A stretch of DNA of 64,000 bases from NCBI RefSeq assembly GCF_000181795.1, contig NW_003526943.1, positions 870,487 through 934,486 on the forward strand, given 5' to 3'. The notes beneath the pieces were generated by a model. The model ran no database searches. It was given only the letters and a program-made list of their open reading frames with translations, and had not been told where the DNA came from. Made by a program: the position numbers and the translations under genes. This document shows, in pieces, positions 10,356 through 24,529 of this stretch. Origin of the DNA: Trichinella spiralis (Eukaryota). Numbering within the stretch: position 1 is the stretch's first letter; each line of letters opens with the position of its first letter.

Positions 10356-12459
10356 TCATAAATCGATACAATCGTTGTTGGCGGCACAGTCCGATGGTTT
10401 GGATTCAGCCTGCTTCGAATCACGAGATACTGAATGATAAGGAATTAGAAATTCCAATATTACAGCTGAAAGAAAATATATTTTAATGGTAGATAAATAA
10501 ATAATATAATATAATATAATGCATTAGTTAGTTCAATTACTTAATTCGAGCATGTTCAAATCTCTCAGAATTGTTTGCACAACACCACTAGCAAAGTCTT
10601 GATCACGTACACCACCGCAGACGACAAGTGATGAACAATTGTGATGATCTCTCAAGATGCCCGCCGCATGACCGAAACGTTCTCCTGCTATGGCGGTAAA
10701 TGCCCGCACCTCGTCGCATTTGCTTTCAAACCACTGTCGTTTCTCTAAATCCAGCAATTGGTCCAACGAACGACAAGCAATAAGACAAATCCACCAACTT
10801 ACCAACGTCGAATATGAAGAAATTTGACGATTCCCATTCTTCCTGATCTTTGCCACCGTAAACCAGGATATAGTGGCCTGCGAAAGCAATAGCCGAATGA
10901 AAAGCACGACCAACGCCGGGAGCTTTCTCGCCCCACAAATTCCACGTCTCCTTTTCTTGAATTCAATCAACAATTGTAAAATAAAAAGCATAAGAAGAAA
11001 AAAAATACGATGCATATACTACCGGTGTCGAAAACGTAAACTTGATCATTTATACTATTATCCCTGGCAATTCCGCCAATGAGGCAAAGTTTCCTTCCCA
11101 CTGCAACAATTGTGCATCCACAAACTGCAGGAGGTCGGACGGTCGATTTGGGTGAAATTTCTTCCCATTTATGTTCAACTAAACACAAATAACCCAAATT
11201 GCACATGTATCTTGAAAATAACAATTCATAATTTAAATTTCACCTATAGAATAGCGATATATTTTGTTAGAATAACCTCTTCCCATATTTGCATTTTCAG
11301 TTTGCTCAGTTTCACCACCAAACAAGTACAAACAGAGTTCAACGTTGCACATGGATGCTTTGCTCAACGGCGGTGGCAAATAGCCACCTGCAGGAGCTAT
11401 ACGACGCCAAGTTTTCAAACCTAGAAGAAGAACGCTTCCAATTTTTCTTTGCTTCAAAAATTTATTACACATGAATTGTTAGTTCAAATAAGCTTGCCCA
11501 GTCTTGTTCAACGCTGTTCTTCAGTTGGTTGTCTAAGTCCCATTTTCAAATTATCTTATTTTAATTCCTTTCCCTTTTCATCGATCAGAAAAAAATCATT
11601 TTCATTTTTCAAAGAAATTTAAATATGCTATATTTTATCTTTTTTTAAATAATCAGTTTGCGCTTGAATCATAAACATAATGACCAATCGGATTCAATTG
11701 AAGTATTACGTTTCAAAGTAATCAACATTTTTTTACTTTTAACTATTAACATTTACAGCCTTTAATACACTATTATATATTATACATTATACAATCCGAT
11801 CTGATGACGTGAATGCAAATAACACAAAATTTATCCCAAACACCCTTGTTTTACATTTTTCATAATTATGCGTACAGCACATATTCATGCATTCATACAT
11901 CACTATCGATTATAAATAAATTATGTATAAAATGTAGATTGAAAGAAAAAATTCATCATTTACCAATGTCGTATTCAATAAAATCATTCAGCAGAACTAA
12001 GTTAGAATTAGTTCCACCAAACAAATATAATTTATTTCCATTTAAGCCTAAGCATGCATCTGCACGCGACAAAGGAAAGTCGCCACACTGATCCAGCTCT
12101 TCCCAACCTAAATATTTTGCTTTACAAATTTATCATATTTCGAACTTATATGAACTTACCCGATCCTATTTTGAATCGGTACAGCTGGTCTTTGTAATTT
12201 TCATCGAAGCCAATGCCACCAAATATGTATATCGATCGAGAATCGCTAGCATAACAAAACCGTTCTACCTGTGGACAGTCACCGAAACCTTCATTTACAA
12301 GATTGGCAACTGCAGCAACTTCTTGAAACATAGCCATCGGCATAATGGAAATGTATAACTGAAATTTGTAAAAATAAATCGTTTGACAGAAAAATGTTTC
12401 GATCAAAATGAAAAAAAATCAAAATCGATAAAAACTTTCAGTGTTTTGGAACATGTCAT
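10356..12459 (-). CDS. Six-bladed Kelch-repeat beta-propeller protein (KLHDC/Rab9 effector p40-like)
   Basis: About one Kelch repeat per exon: IYIFGG, LYLFGG, LYLFGG, LCLIGG, ILVYGG, LVVCGG, each followed by YxF/YD-x4-W. The last exon ends CIDL* at 10356. The start is 12459 or 12343. Confidence 0.85.
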
Positions 12460-13064
12460 TTCAGCTACACATGCATAATTATAACTTATAAATTAATAAA
12501 TATATGTAAATGTATAATCATATACTTCTGTCGTGCATTAAAAAAATACAAAAAAAAACAATTCCAAACCTGCACAACCAAAGTAAATGATGAAAGGGAA
12601 ATGAATGCAGGTAAACTTTTCAAATACAGTATGAATTTAAATACCAATCTCGAAATTTGCCTTAAACAATTCATTTAAAAAAAGTATATGTTTAAAAATT
12701 TATCAGGTAATGCAGATATCATGGCTTTAATTTATAATTCATTTAATTAACTAATTCTAAACATTACTGGACAATGTAAATTTCTTATTAGCGTTACAAA
12801 ATGTAATGCTAATTATTAAACAAATGTAAATTAACAGATTCAAAAAATTATAGTTAAAGTTTTCAATGAATTTTTAATTTTAGTAAAATTTGCTGTCTAT
12901 AATAAATAAGTAATGAAATAAATTGAACTTGAAGTATAAAATACTGTATTGCTTTATTTTGGTGAGCTGCTTGTTGGATAATTGTCATTATTGTGTGAAT
13001 TATTTTGCTGTTAGTATAGCAGTATTTTGTACGAGCAGGTTTACTTTTCGTGAAAAACAGTAAA

Positions 13065-15206
13065 ATGAGGAAAACGGTAAGTCATTTTTATTGTTTATTT
13101 AAAAAAATAGTGTTTTATTTTCATATTTTAGTATTATTCAAGTAATTGTTGCTTCGTATTAATATAATTTAAGATTAACTTCATAAATTGTGATTATTTT
13201 CTTCCTTTTTTCATTTAAATGAGCTCCGAAATTATTTCAGAGGTTGTTTATATTTTGATGAGCTTTTTTTAGAGTGTTGAAGAAATGTTTGTTTTGCTTC
13301 TTATTATTGTTTGGTGCAACAGTTTTACAGTATCTTCAACTACAATTCCCAGCGGTACACCTGTAGATGAACAACGTGGTTTCAATAGACGTGAACATTC
13401 GTTGTCCAAGCCTTATCAAAGTTTGTCATATTACTTTTTAATAATTTTTACCCTGCGTTGCCTTGTTTTAAACTTTGAAATTATCTTTTTAGCAAATTAA
13501 TTAGTCTGCATTGGATACTTTATAATAATTGTAATTTTTTTATTAATTAACGAAATTTTTAGCTTGGTTCAATTAGGTTTAAGTAGTTCGAATAATTTCT
13601 GATGATTCATCAGAACAGAGCTTTGGAAGACATTTTTTAGAAAACATTCAGCAATGTAAATTTTTCTTTGCATAACTTGAGAAATTTAAACGGAAAGACG
13701 ATAATGATGTAATTATTGTTTTATCATTAGAAAAAGAACAGATAATGTAAACAAGAAGCGTTTTTATCATGGTAAGGTAATCGAGTGCATAATTTGTTTT
13801 GCGTAGTTTAAAATAAAATGAGGAGATTTAAATTTGTTGTTAAGCATTAATGTGCTTTTGAATGGTGAATTTTTTAAATAGTGGACGCATGTTTGCAACT
13901 AAAACGTTTTTAAATTTTTCTCAGTGAGCAGTGGCAGTTGTGGTGTAAATTTAAACGAAAGTCTTTGATTGCAAAGTGTTTTTCAGATACTGGTTTTAAT
14001 ATTCCATTTTGGAATTTTGGTGGCTCAACAATAGTGACATCCGATTATGTTCGTCTCACACCAGATTCTCCCAGTCGTCAAGGATTTCTTTGGAATACAA
14101 TTGTATGATTGTTAGTTTATGTTTTCGTTTTTGCATGTTTTTGTACACGTAAAGCATTGAAGCCGGTGGTGGTGCGTGATTGGGAACTGGAAGTGACGTT
14201 CAGTGTTCATGGAGTTGAGAAAGGTCTGTTTGGTGATGGTATGGCAATTTGGTATGCTGAAGAGCCTGGTGTTCTGGGTCCCGTTTTTGGAAGCAAAGAC
14301 ATGTTCCGTGGGCTTGCCGTTTTTCTCGACACTTACACCAATCATCAAGATGCTCACAATGTGAAGATGAATTTCGAAGATGAGTAAAATATTTGTTCAA
14401 TATTGATTTATTTCAGCATGCCCATCCATATATTTCTGCAATGGTGAATAATGGCAGCTTGCGTTATGATCATGATCGAGATGGAACTCACACTCAACTC
14501 GGTGGCCACGACAGTGGATGTACGGCGAAATTTCGAAACAAGGAATTCCCTACTCGCATTCTGATTCGATATGTTGGGGATACTCTTTCAGTGAGAGAAA
14601 TACTTTTATTTAGATGGAGAATATTACTGTAAAATTTATTGCAGGTATACACGGATATCCTTGGAAAAGCAGTTTGGGATCTTTGTTTTGCAGTTGATCG
14701 CGTTTCTTTACCAAAGCGTTATTTTTTCGGTATGACCGCTGCAACGGGAGATTTGTCAGGTTTGTAAAAAAATTTTCTAATTCTTCATTTATGTTCTATT
14801 TTGCTTCCTTTTTCATTTTGCAGATGCTCATGATATTATAAGTGTTAGAATGTTTGAAATTGAATACCAAAGGGTTGAAAGAGCTGGCTATGACACCAGA
14901 GGGGCAGTTCCACAAGCGGAATACATATCGGCGCCTAGAGGTTTCAGTTATTATTATATTTTTTTAATTTTGATATTTAGTTTGAATTTGCACACTGAAA
15001 AGAAGAAGAGAAGCGAAAATAATACAATCAATTGTTGGTTTTGTTTTTCAGATCATGTAGAAGATAACCCACCTCCGTCGAAATTGTCCACATTGAAATA
15101 TGGATTTCTGTTCATACTTGGTTTAATTGGTATTGGAATACTTGTCGTTGCCGGTGTTGTATTTGTTCAAAATCAACAAGAATGGAGAAGAAAACGATTT
15201 TATTGA
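13065..15206 (+). CDS. LMAN2: VIP36/VIPL (LMAN2-type) L-type lectin cargo receptor
   Basis: Signal peptide, then REHSLSKPY, DWELEVTFSVHG...GDGMAIWY, GPVFGSKDMFRGLAVFLDTY, HPYISAMVNNGSLRYDHDRDG and FFGMTAATGDLSDAHDI. Ends with a TM helix and C-terminal RRKRFY. Confidence 0.95.
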
Positions 15207-15678
15207 CAAAAATTATGCAAATACTCCCTTTTATGCAGAACATTTTTTGAACGCTGGGAATGTATCATCGTGACATCATCCTCTTGGCTTCATTTTGCAT
15301 GGTGTTGGTGTTTTTTCCAACAGTAAATTTTCTAAAGCATATGCAATTGTGCAATGAATTAATCGATGGTTTCCTTTTTTTTTCCATTCTTTGACTTCTT
15401 TCCACAAAGTCCATGCACAAATGCTTTTGTAGATAATTTTTCCCATTGGATTGCAGTAGTAATTTAAGAATGCTCTTTTTTAATTTTACCTCAAACTTTT
15501 TTTTCCTTGTTGAACATTCATTTTGTTAGTAAGTAAAGATTTCAAGAAATTCTTTTTATAATGTTTTTGAATTATCATATTCAAAATGTGTTCTTTGTTC
15601 ATGAACATTCGGTACTTTTGGTGATTTGTTGATTTTGGATATTTGTTTAATGCTAAAGTTGCAGCAAGTGGAAAGACG

Positions 15679-18600
15679 ATGATTGAGGTCGCTTTTCCGA
15701 GAGGCGGTGACCATCGTGGTCAGATTAATTTCAAAAAACGAAAGAGTCTGTTACCGCCAGACTTGCACGGTCGACGAAAGAAGTTCAAAACGTTGGACAA
15801 ATTGAAATCCAAAGCAACAACCGTATCTGAAAATAATCATAAAGTGGACGACGATTTTGCCAGTCGTGTCTGGACTAAGAAGTTGAACAATGAAGTAATG
15901 TGAAATTTGTTTGTTTGCTAGTTTTATTTTTTATTATTCTTATTCCTTAAACTTATTTTTTAGACTTGCGTAGCAGGATTGTTGACAGTTGCATGTGTAC
16001 ATTATTGTTGGGATACGGAAGTGAACGTTGAAATGCCGGGCAATATGAATGGCATATTGAAAGCGAGTTCAGTGTCCCAGTCGTTTGTCGATCACGTTCA
16101 AGCAAAACGCGAAGACGAAGAAGCGGCTACGTTGGCTTCGCTGTTCGAGCCGGCTGAATTGATCTGTGTTAAAGTGATCGACAAAGAGATGCGGCAGTTT
16201 GCATCCGGAAAAATGCACACAACTTGGTTAGTGACGACCAATCCGGCGGATTTGAACGCCCACATAACGCCGTCCACGTTGCGCAAGCATGCCGTCATTG
16301 GATGCGCGGTTCGCAGTGTCGAAGAGAAGGGCTATTTGATGGATTTGGGTTTTCAAAACGTGCACGGCTTTCTCTCATTTGCCGAAGCTTGTCGATTTTA
16401 TCCTGAAAACAAGCAACTTCCAATTGGCAAGCCGATATTGTGCACTGTGGTCGAACCAGCCGCCGCCACTGGTGGCAGGGTTGTTCAATTGAACTGCTTG
16501 AATGGTCAACTGAACGGCACCGACGTGCCGAAGATCGACGAAAATTTCCCAAAATCGTTGCTCATGCCTGGCCTGCTTTGCCGAACCACCGTGCAGCAGC
16601 ATTGTCAGCAGGGGCTGATATGTAAATTGAATTCAGATTTGTACGGCTGGCTGTCGTTGGCAGATTCTCCCAAACGACGGAAACGTGCCCTCGCCAATGA
16701 GCAGTCCTTGCAAGGCGCTGTCGAACTGATGGTCACTTACAGTCTTCCGCAGAGTTCGATGGTCGGCTTTTCCTCGGCAGATTATTTGCTCAGACGAACG
16801 CGATTAGTGGAACGCTTTTCATTCGACGCCAAGGGTTCTTTGCAAACGTGCAAAGTTAGGCGATCAACGCCCGAGAAGGTGCAATTTATCACCGACTCCG
16901 GTGCCATCGTAAACGTGGCCAACTGTCGATTGAGGAAACCTGTTGGGAAGAAGAAGAAGTCCACTGAAAAATACAAGCTGGCAACCAAGCACCGGGTGCG
17001 GATGATTGGCATGTCGACGTTGAAGATGGTTTACCACGGTTCTTGCCTGGCCTGCGATGTCAGGCAGCCGTTTTCGAAAATTGATGAAGCGGCAGTTGGA
17101 CTCAGAGTGACGGCCAAGGTGGTTCGCGTGTCGGATACAGCCGCTCTGGTGAAAGTGTTCCACACGTTCGACGGAAAAATCGACGCCTTGCACTTCAGTG
17201 ACGGGCTTGTTTCCGTCGGTTGCCGAGCGAAATTCGTCGTCGGTCAAACTGTGCCGACGAGGGTGTTGGCGGTAGACAAGGATTTGCAGCGCTTGTATTT
17301 GACCGCCAAGCGCAGCTTGGTCAAATCCGACTTGCCACTTTTGTCGGCTTACACTGCAGAAGCGGTGGGAAATGTGTACGACGGCTTTGTGGTGCAATTG
17401 TTGGAACGCAGCGGCGTGCTGATTGGTTTTTACAACAACGTGCGCGGCGTGTTGGACGAACGTGCCTTCCAGTTGGCCGGCTACCAGAAGCAGAGTCCGA
17501 CGGACGTGTACCACGTCGGTCAGGTGGTTCGGGTGTTGGTGGTTCGAGTGGACGTCGATAAGCGACGTATCGATTTAGCTTTGCCTGAATGTTCAGCACG
17601 TGGCCTGCAGTGGATGTTGGGATGCAGTGGAAAAGTGTCGAATTCGAAGTTGGAAGCCGATGTTGGTCAATGCGCCCGTGCCGGAGGTTCCAAGAGGAAA
17701 CCACCGCCGTTCTTTGAACTGCTTAAGGCCGAAGTGAAAGCCTTGCGAGACGACTGGCTTTTGGTCGAGCTGGTCGAGTACGGTGTGTCGGCGCGGCTGC
17801 CGTCGGCTCACTTGACCGACTCGTTGACTACGGGTCATCTGCTGTTGGCGAGTTTTCGAGTTGGCGACAAGCTGGACGTCGTGCTGTTCAACAGTGTTAA
17901 GGGGTTGGTTGTGACGGCCAAGCCGAGCCTGTTGTATTTGATGCGCAACATGCAGGCGCCGAGATCGCTGGATGATCTGAAGTGTGGTCAGCTAGTGACC
18001 GGCGTGCTGGCTCGTGTGCATCCTGAGCACGGCTATTTCATTGACTTGCCTGGCAACATGTCCGCCTTGTGTCCGAAGTCGAAGGTGGAATGGAAATGTG
18101 AAACCGACGCTGGACTTGCAAACTTGATCGGAGCGACGGTCGTTGGGCGCGTGATGACGGTGAATCCCCAAGCTGGAAAGTTGATCATAAACTTGAAACT
18201 GAAAAAGTGTCTGCTCAACGGCTTGCACACGAGCATTGCTTTACTGAAGCAGTACCTGGAAGAGAGGGAACTGCTGTCGCAGCGGTTTCGAAATCCGTCA
18301 AACACAGATTGGAAACGTCGCCTGTTGAGCAAATACCAGATTGGTCAACTGGTCGAGTGTACGGTCGGTATGGTGGTTGAGTCGGGCTTGATCTGCACCG
18401 TGGAAGATGGTGTGCCGGGGATTTTTGTCTCCGAACTGCTCGATCCACATTGGAACGTCGAATACGCGGTCGGTTCGTCTCTGACCGGCCTGGTGGTTTG
18501 CGTCAACTACTCAGAGCGCTGTTTGGAGCTGGCAGCGATGAAACAGCTTCTGGCCAATTTCCGCCAAGTGGCACTGCGTCGCCGGCGGCACCAGCCAGCC

Positions 18601-21600
18601 GTTGGTGACTCGCTAACAGCCACTGTGCTGGTCGCCAATGCCGATTGCGTGCTGTTGTCGACCGCCGGCCACGGCCTGTGTTACATGTCGGCTAGGCTTC
18701 ACTACAATGACTTCTCCTTGCCGCGTTTGAAGAATCCTGACAAGCGGCAGCTGCGGGTTCGCGTCCAAGCGTACACAACATCTGGCCAGTGTTTGGTGAG
18801 CAGCGTGCGCGACGAGCAGCTCTGTTCCAAGATTGAGCGGCGCCTGAGGTCGGCTATTTCTGTTCAACCGTCGATTGAATCGGGCACCGCGCCAGTGATC
18901 GAAGAGAAGGGTGTGGCGATGGCCGTCGGTCGCCTCTATTCCGCCTCGGTGCTGAGCGTGGACAACCGTTACGTGCATTTGTTCATAGCTGGGCGTTACC
19001 GCGGTCGGATTTTTGCCACTGAACTCGATGACCAATTTTTGCAGGACGGCTCAGAACCGCTGAAGACAGTCCGACTTGGCACCACGGTTACTGTGAAAGT
19101 GATCGGTACGAAAAGGATTCGGAAAGGTGGCAGCTTGATGGCCGAGTGCACGATGAAGAGCAGCAAATTGTTTTCCAAGAGAAACAAGAAAACCATCATT
19201 GGCTACAAGGAAAACTTCGTCATAGGCGAAGAGTTGAACGTGCTGGTGGTCGAACGGAAAAGGCACCATTTCAATGTGGTAGTGAACCCGCGTTGGAGCG
19301 GCGAGGTCAGTTTTTACACTGTGGATCCGCGGTCGGCTTGGCGTAACGGTCAGTTGAGGAAAGTGTACGTACTGGATGTGGACGTGGAAAAGCGATGGCT
19401 GAAATTGTCGGCTCTGAAGCCGGCCATGGTAGAGTTGAAAGAAAACGGCTACACATTCGGCAAGCTTCTTTCACGCGACGACAAAGATTTGTCGACCAAG
19501 CTTTGCTTCAGCATGCTCGGCGGTGCCAGAGGTGTGGCTTCGTTGGTGGACATTTGCGACAACTATGATCATGCCGTTGATAAATGGCGACTGTTGCAAG
19601 TGGAGTCTTATTACAAGTTATTCGTAGTGGGGAAATTGGAAAACAACTTTTGGCACGTCAGTTTGAGACCCAGTCTCACCGGCGAAAACAGCTCTGAGGC
19701 GAATAACGCAACGATAAGAGATGATCCTCTGTATTCTTTGGCATCTGAGTTGGCAGTTGGCAACGTATATCGTGGTTTTGTTTCGAAAGTGCGTCATTAC
19801 AAAAAGGGTTTGACAGTTTTGCTCGGTCATGAACTTTTTGGCAACGTGCCTTGCGGGTTGATCAGCGAATGCACAGATGCTGTCAGATTGGATCAAACGT
19901 TTCCAATTGGTACTGTCGTGACAGTGAAGGTGATGAGCTTGGACAAATCGAACGGCAATTTAACGTTGTCAATGTTGTCCAAAGATACGGGACTACCGGA
20001 TCAAGTGCCGGAAAAGTGTCGAAAACTTCTTCAAAGCGATGATTCCATTTCTTCTCAAGCTCAGCTTGTTTTGAACAAAGCGGAAGAAAGTCCTGCCGCT
20101 CTGCCCCTTCGAGCATGTTCTTGGTTTGAATCGGCGGCCAGTAAGCGAAAAAAATCCAGTGGCAAAAAGAGTATGCTTGTTTAAAGTTTTGATTGTTTAT
20201 TGTGAATTATATGCAAATGATAGTGATTCTGCTTTATTGTTTAATGTGACATATATATATATATATATTATTTTAGAAGTGCCATTGAGTGAAATAGAAG
20301 GGGAGATTGCTTTTGATTTGGAGTCAACCACTTTCTCAGCTAAGACTCTTATCGATGTTAGCTTGAATGCAGATAATGTTAGTGATGGAACGTTGATGGT
20401 CAACGGTAAGCATGGTGCATTCATTGCAAATGGTAATCAGTGCAGTTCGGCCGCCTCAGGCGAAAATGACTACGAATTGGAGGTAGCAGAGAGGGAGGGC
20501 AAGAGTAAATTAGAATTAGATCGACTGGACGAAGAGGAAGTTTTGAAGAAGGAGTTGATGCTTATGGATCCTGAGCGACCGATCGAGACTGTCGAAGATT
20601 ACGATCGTGCGTTGGTCGCCTCGCCCAGTTCGTCTATGCTGTGGATTCGTTACATGGCCTATTTTGTTCAGTGCAACGAAATTGACAAAGCTCGAAGTGT
20701 AGCTTCAAAAGCGCTGAAAACCATTGCATATAAGTAAGTATGCATGCACTGTGTTGGAAACATTTTGTTTAAAAACTTTTTTAAAATTTATCTTATGAAT
20801 ATGGTTTGCTGCTGATTTTGAATTTTCAGCGAAGAAAAAGAGCGTTTTAATGTGTGGATTGCGTTGATGAATTTGGAAAATGAATATGGTACTGGTGAAA
20901 CTATGGACGAAACTGTGCGCAATGCTCTTTTAGTCAACGATCAGCAGCAAGTCTATTTGCAACTGTTAAAAATTTATGACAGATCGAAAAAACTTGACGT
21001 ATATTATATTTATCTATTCATTTACAGATAGGTTATTATTTTAACAAATTTACAGGCTGCAGATGCTGTAACTGAAGTGTTATTGAAAAAATATCGCTCC
21101 CAGTTTGATGTTTGGATAACTGTTGGCAAACATTTTATGCAAACCAACAGAGCTGAAAAAGCGCACGCTATAATGGAACGGGCGATGAAGTCGTTGCCTT
21201 TCAACATGCATGTAGATTTGATGTCTCGATTTGCGCAGATGGAGTTCAAGTTTGAAGGAGACGTTGAACGAGGATGCACAATTTTTGAAAATATCCTCAA
21301 CGATCACCCAAGGCGTTTTGACATCTGGTTGGTGTATGTGGATTTGATGGCAAAACACAGGAACATTGATGAAGCAAGGTTTGCTAATTGTGTTTTTTTT
21401 AATTGTCAATAGTTTAATTTTCACTTGTAGAATAATGCTCATACTAAGTAGTAAACTTTATATTTTAGTTTTATTTCAATATAAATAAATTGGATAATTG
21501 GTTCGAGTTTGAATATTTTAAATGCACAACTTTCACAAATTTTGAAAATTACATAATGCAGCAGACCACCACTTGACAGAATATTGTGATGCAATTAGTG

Positions 21601-21879
21601 TTGTAATATTCTGATGTTTGTTTGTTTCATTACGCGTTATTTATAATTAATGATTGTGGTCAAATGATTCTTCGTTTATTACATTGTAGGCCTCTACTGC
21701 GACGTGTTACATCTTTGAAAATGTCAGCTCACAAAATGCGAAGCTTTTTCAAAAAATGGCTTGAATTGGAAAACCGATATGGCACTGCCGAGACAGTGGC
21801 TGATGTGAAAAGCCGAGCAACCGACTATGTCAATAATGTTTTTTCAGATTTCGATGAACTAAAACAAGATTACCAATGA
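15679..21879 (+). CDS. RRP5: rRNA biogenesis protein RRP5/PDCD11 (S1 repeats plus C-terminal HAT/TPR)
   Basis: N-terminal FPRGG. Tandem S1 domains in the large exon at about 15964-20140. HAT region with PSSSMLWIRYMAY, EEKERFNVWIALMNLEN, FAQMEFK...ERGCTIFENIL and KMRSFFKKWLELE. Confidence 0.95.
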
Positions 21880-22105
21880 AAATGCCAATAAATATAATGA
21901 TAATGTTTGTACAAATGAAACATATAATAAGTTTTTGTGTAAATAAATAAATAAATATATATATATGTCAGTTCATTTTTTCCTATTTTAATTTTCAGTC
22001 TGGTATTAGCGTGAATTTAAAATGCAAAAAAGAAAAAGTTTTACTTTTCTCCAGTTCTGTACATTTTTACAACAGCATTTATACTTTGATATTTTTGTTG
22101 TTTGA

Positions 22106-23162
22106 TTAATAATTTATTGATGAAGAAAAATTTTGTTGTGGAATTTTTCTGCGTACTTTTCTTGTTGCATCTGAAATGATCGCATTTTTCGGCTGAAAGA
22201 TGGGAATTTTTTGATTTCGACACAACGAAGCCGGTGAAGTTGGGAAAAAAAATTGATTCACTTCAGTTCTAAATCGATCGCATCGGTTGGTCGTGAAGCG
22301 CACAGTGCCGATGTATAATATGTATTATTCATGCATGGTCTTGGACAGCAAGCTGTGAACGCAGAAATTACCGTGGCTTCAAGGTGACAGAAATGCGTGC
22401 TTAACGGGCAGGTGGTGCTGTTGCATACTGGAACTGGTTGCAGGGGTAAAGCTTTGCCAGTTGGACGTCGGTGTCTAGATTTGCCGACCGCGTTTAAGCA
22501 GCAAATACCATTGACGTGTGTTTTTTGTCGTATTGGTGCGGAATATTCCATCCAACGCCACGCAAACTGCCCTTTTGGGACAATCACTGAGCAACGTATT
22601 TGTATCGATTTTGCACGTACGGTAATTGTTGCCTCTCATCAACGGTTCACCGAACGGGCAACGGTGCTCCACAGATGGAAAATTACCAATCCTTATCAAT
22701 TTATCATGCCATCATTCTATTGGCATGGTTTCTCACTTCGTGGTAAACACTGGTTGCAATTTTTCGTCATTCCAATACCGCATCTGCATTTGCGTTGACG
22801 GCATACATTGTAAGGTTCGGTGCAGTCGTTATTTGTCGAGCAAACATGTACCGATCCTTGTCTTAATTCGAGCTTCGATCTACCTTGTAAAATTACGATC
22901 TGCTTGTAAACGATAAGATGAATAAGTGAAAGAAGAAAGAAACAAAATTGCATATTTCTCAACTGCGAATTGTTGTTGATTGTTGCTCAGCTTGTTTCTG
23001 TTCTATTTCTGTTATTGCTGTCGTTGTTGTTGTTGTTGATGATGATGATGACGGCTGTCTGTAGATTGCTTTGCTGTTCTCACATTTACTGTGCTGGATT
23101 AGTGACGAATGCAACATAAAGGAAAGCAACCACAGTAGTGTTGGGAAAAGCCAGATTCCCAT
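22106..23162 (-). pseudogene. Secreted Cys-rich protein (EB-like module plus CP..C..CP..C..CC repeats), copy 1, apparently disrupted
   Basis: Signal peptide MGIWLFPTLLWLLSF, then CSTNNDC...C...CRC, RCPFGEP...C...CPKRAVC...GICC and CPLSTHFC...CCP. A frameshift lies in an A-run near 22520-22527, and an apparent acceptor reads TGG instead of TAG near 22670. Confidence 0.6.
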
Positions 23163-23723
23163 GATAATTGTTGCAGTGTCAAGCAACGTTGAATAGCTGC
23201 TTATATAACAAATCTTTGACCAACACTTTGACAAACAATTAGACTAAACTAGGACTGCATTATTGTAGCATCTTCAATACTAATCAAGCATTTGTCATAT
23301 CATACACAGATTTCAGCTTCTTATTATCTTCAACCTACACTACAATTATCCTTTTTTCAGTAATAATTACAGTCAACATCGCATAGTTCTGTTTTCTTTT
23401 TTACTTTTGAGCATTCTTAAATTTTGCTGCATTCTGTGCATTTGTCAAGTGCATTTTGCTAATACTTATTTATTTATTTTCCCTTTTTCAACGCAGATTC
23501 AAATGAATCATATTAAAAATGTACCAGTTATCCACTGATAAGCATGCAGCTTTGAATATTTATGAATTATTGAAGTTATTGCTGCACTTTACGATGAATC
23601 AGTTTTTTGAAAATTAAAATTTTCAAAAACCAAATGGCAAATGTGATCTTACTGTAAGATCATTTATGTTATTGTTGAGAATTAAGCATATGAATTTCAT
23701 AAAATTTTACGCAAACCATTTTT

Positions 23724-24529
23724 TTAAATACAACAGCACTGCATCTGCAGGTCTAGAAATACATTTGCCACCTGAAAAATACGTATGATTAAGGCAAGGA
23801 CGTGGACAACAAGGTGGCAGCTCTTGGACAACAGTAGAAAGAACAGTGCAAAAGTGTTATCCTTTAATACCAAACCTGTCAAGCAATTTCCTCTTGGATT
23901 TGCGTTCCCCTTTCCGCAGCATACTGCTTGAACGTAGGCTGATGTGATGTTCGTTTTGATCATCAAATCCAGAGGTCTGCATATACTTCTCTTTGGGCAG
24001 CCATCTTTAAACGTTATTGTATTAATTTTGCATTTTATTGTACCTTTGAAGTTGCTTAAAGCTTGACAAAAGGACATCTGTAATCTGAAATAAATTTTTG
24101 AAGAAATGTGTGTAAATATTAATTAATTATTTTTCAAAATTTAGTTACTTACTGATAGGTTCACTGGCACCGCATTCTTTAATGCTACCTGTTCTGCATC
24201 GACACTTTCCATTTCTGCAACTAGAATACGGTGAATCGCAGTCATATACACTGCTGCAGCTATTGTCAATGCCTACTCAGACTTGCTCTGCCAAATGCTT
24301 CCCTGTAAATTATTTGCAACTCAAAAAATTTTCAGTTATTTTACTTATTAGAAAATGACGAACATTTGCACTGATTTTAATCATTTTTTATTTCAGTTGC
24401 TTCATCAACCAAATTGTAACCATGAGATGAATTTACTACACTGATTAAGAAACCTTTGCTCTTGTAATTGTAAAGAAATGCTATTAATATTGCTGACAAG
24501 ACCATTAAGACACTGCTCATTATCGTCAT
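23724..24529 (-). pseudogene. Secreted Cys-rich protein, copy 2 (pseudogene)
   Basis: Same exon layout and Cys pattern as copy 1 (CSSVYDC...CRNGKCRC; YRCPF; KCKINT...GCPKRSIC...AVCC). In-frame stops in exons 1 and 2 and a frameshift after RCPF. Confidence 0.7.

Noticed and set aside
16098..20116. Many overlapping and antisense ORFs inside RRP5 (and likewise inside rdgB at 48198-49793)
   Set aside because: Expected by chance in GC-rich coding DNA, with no recognisable domains.
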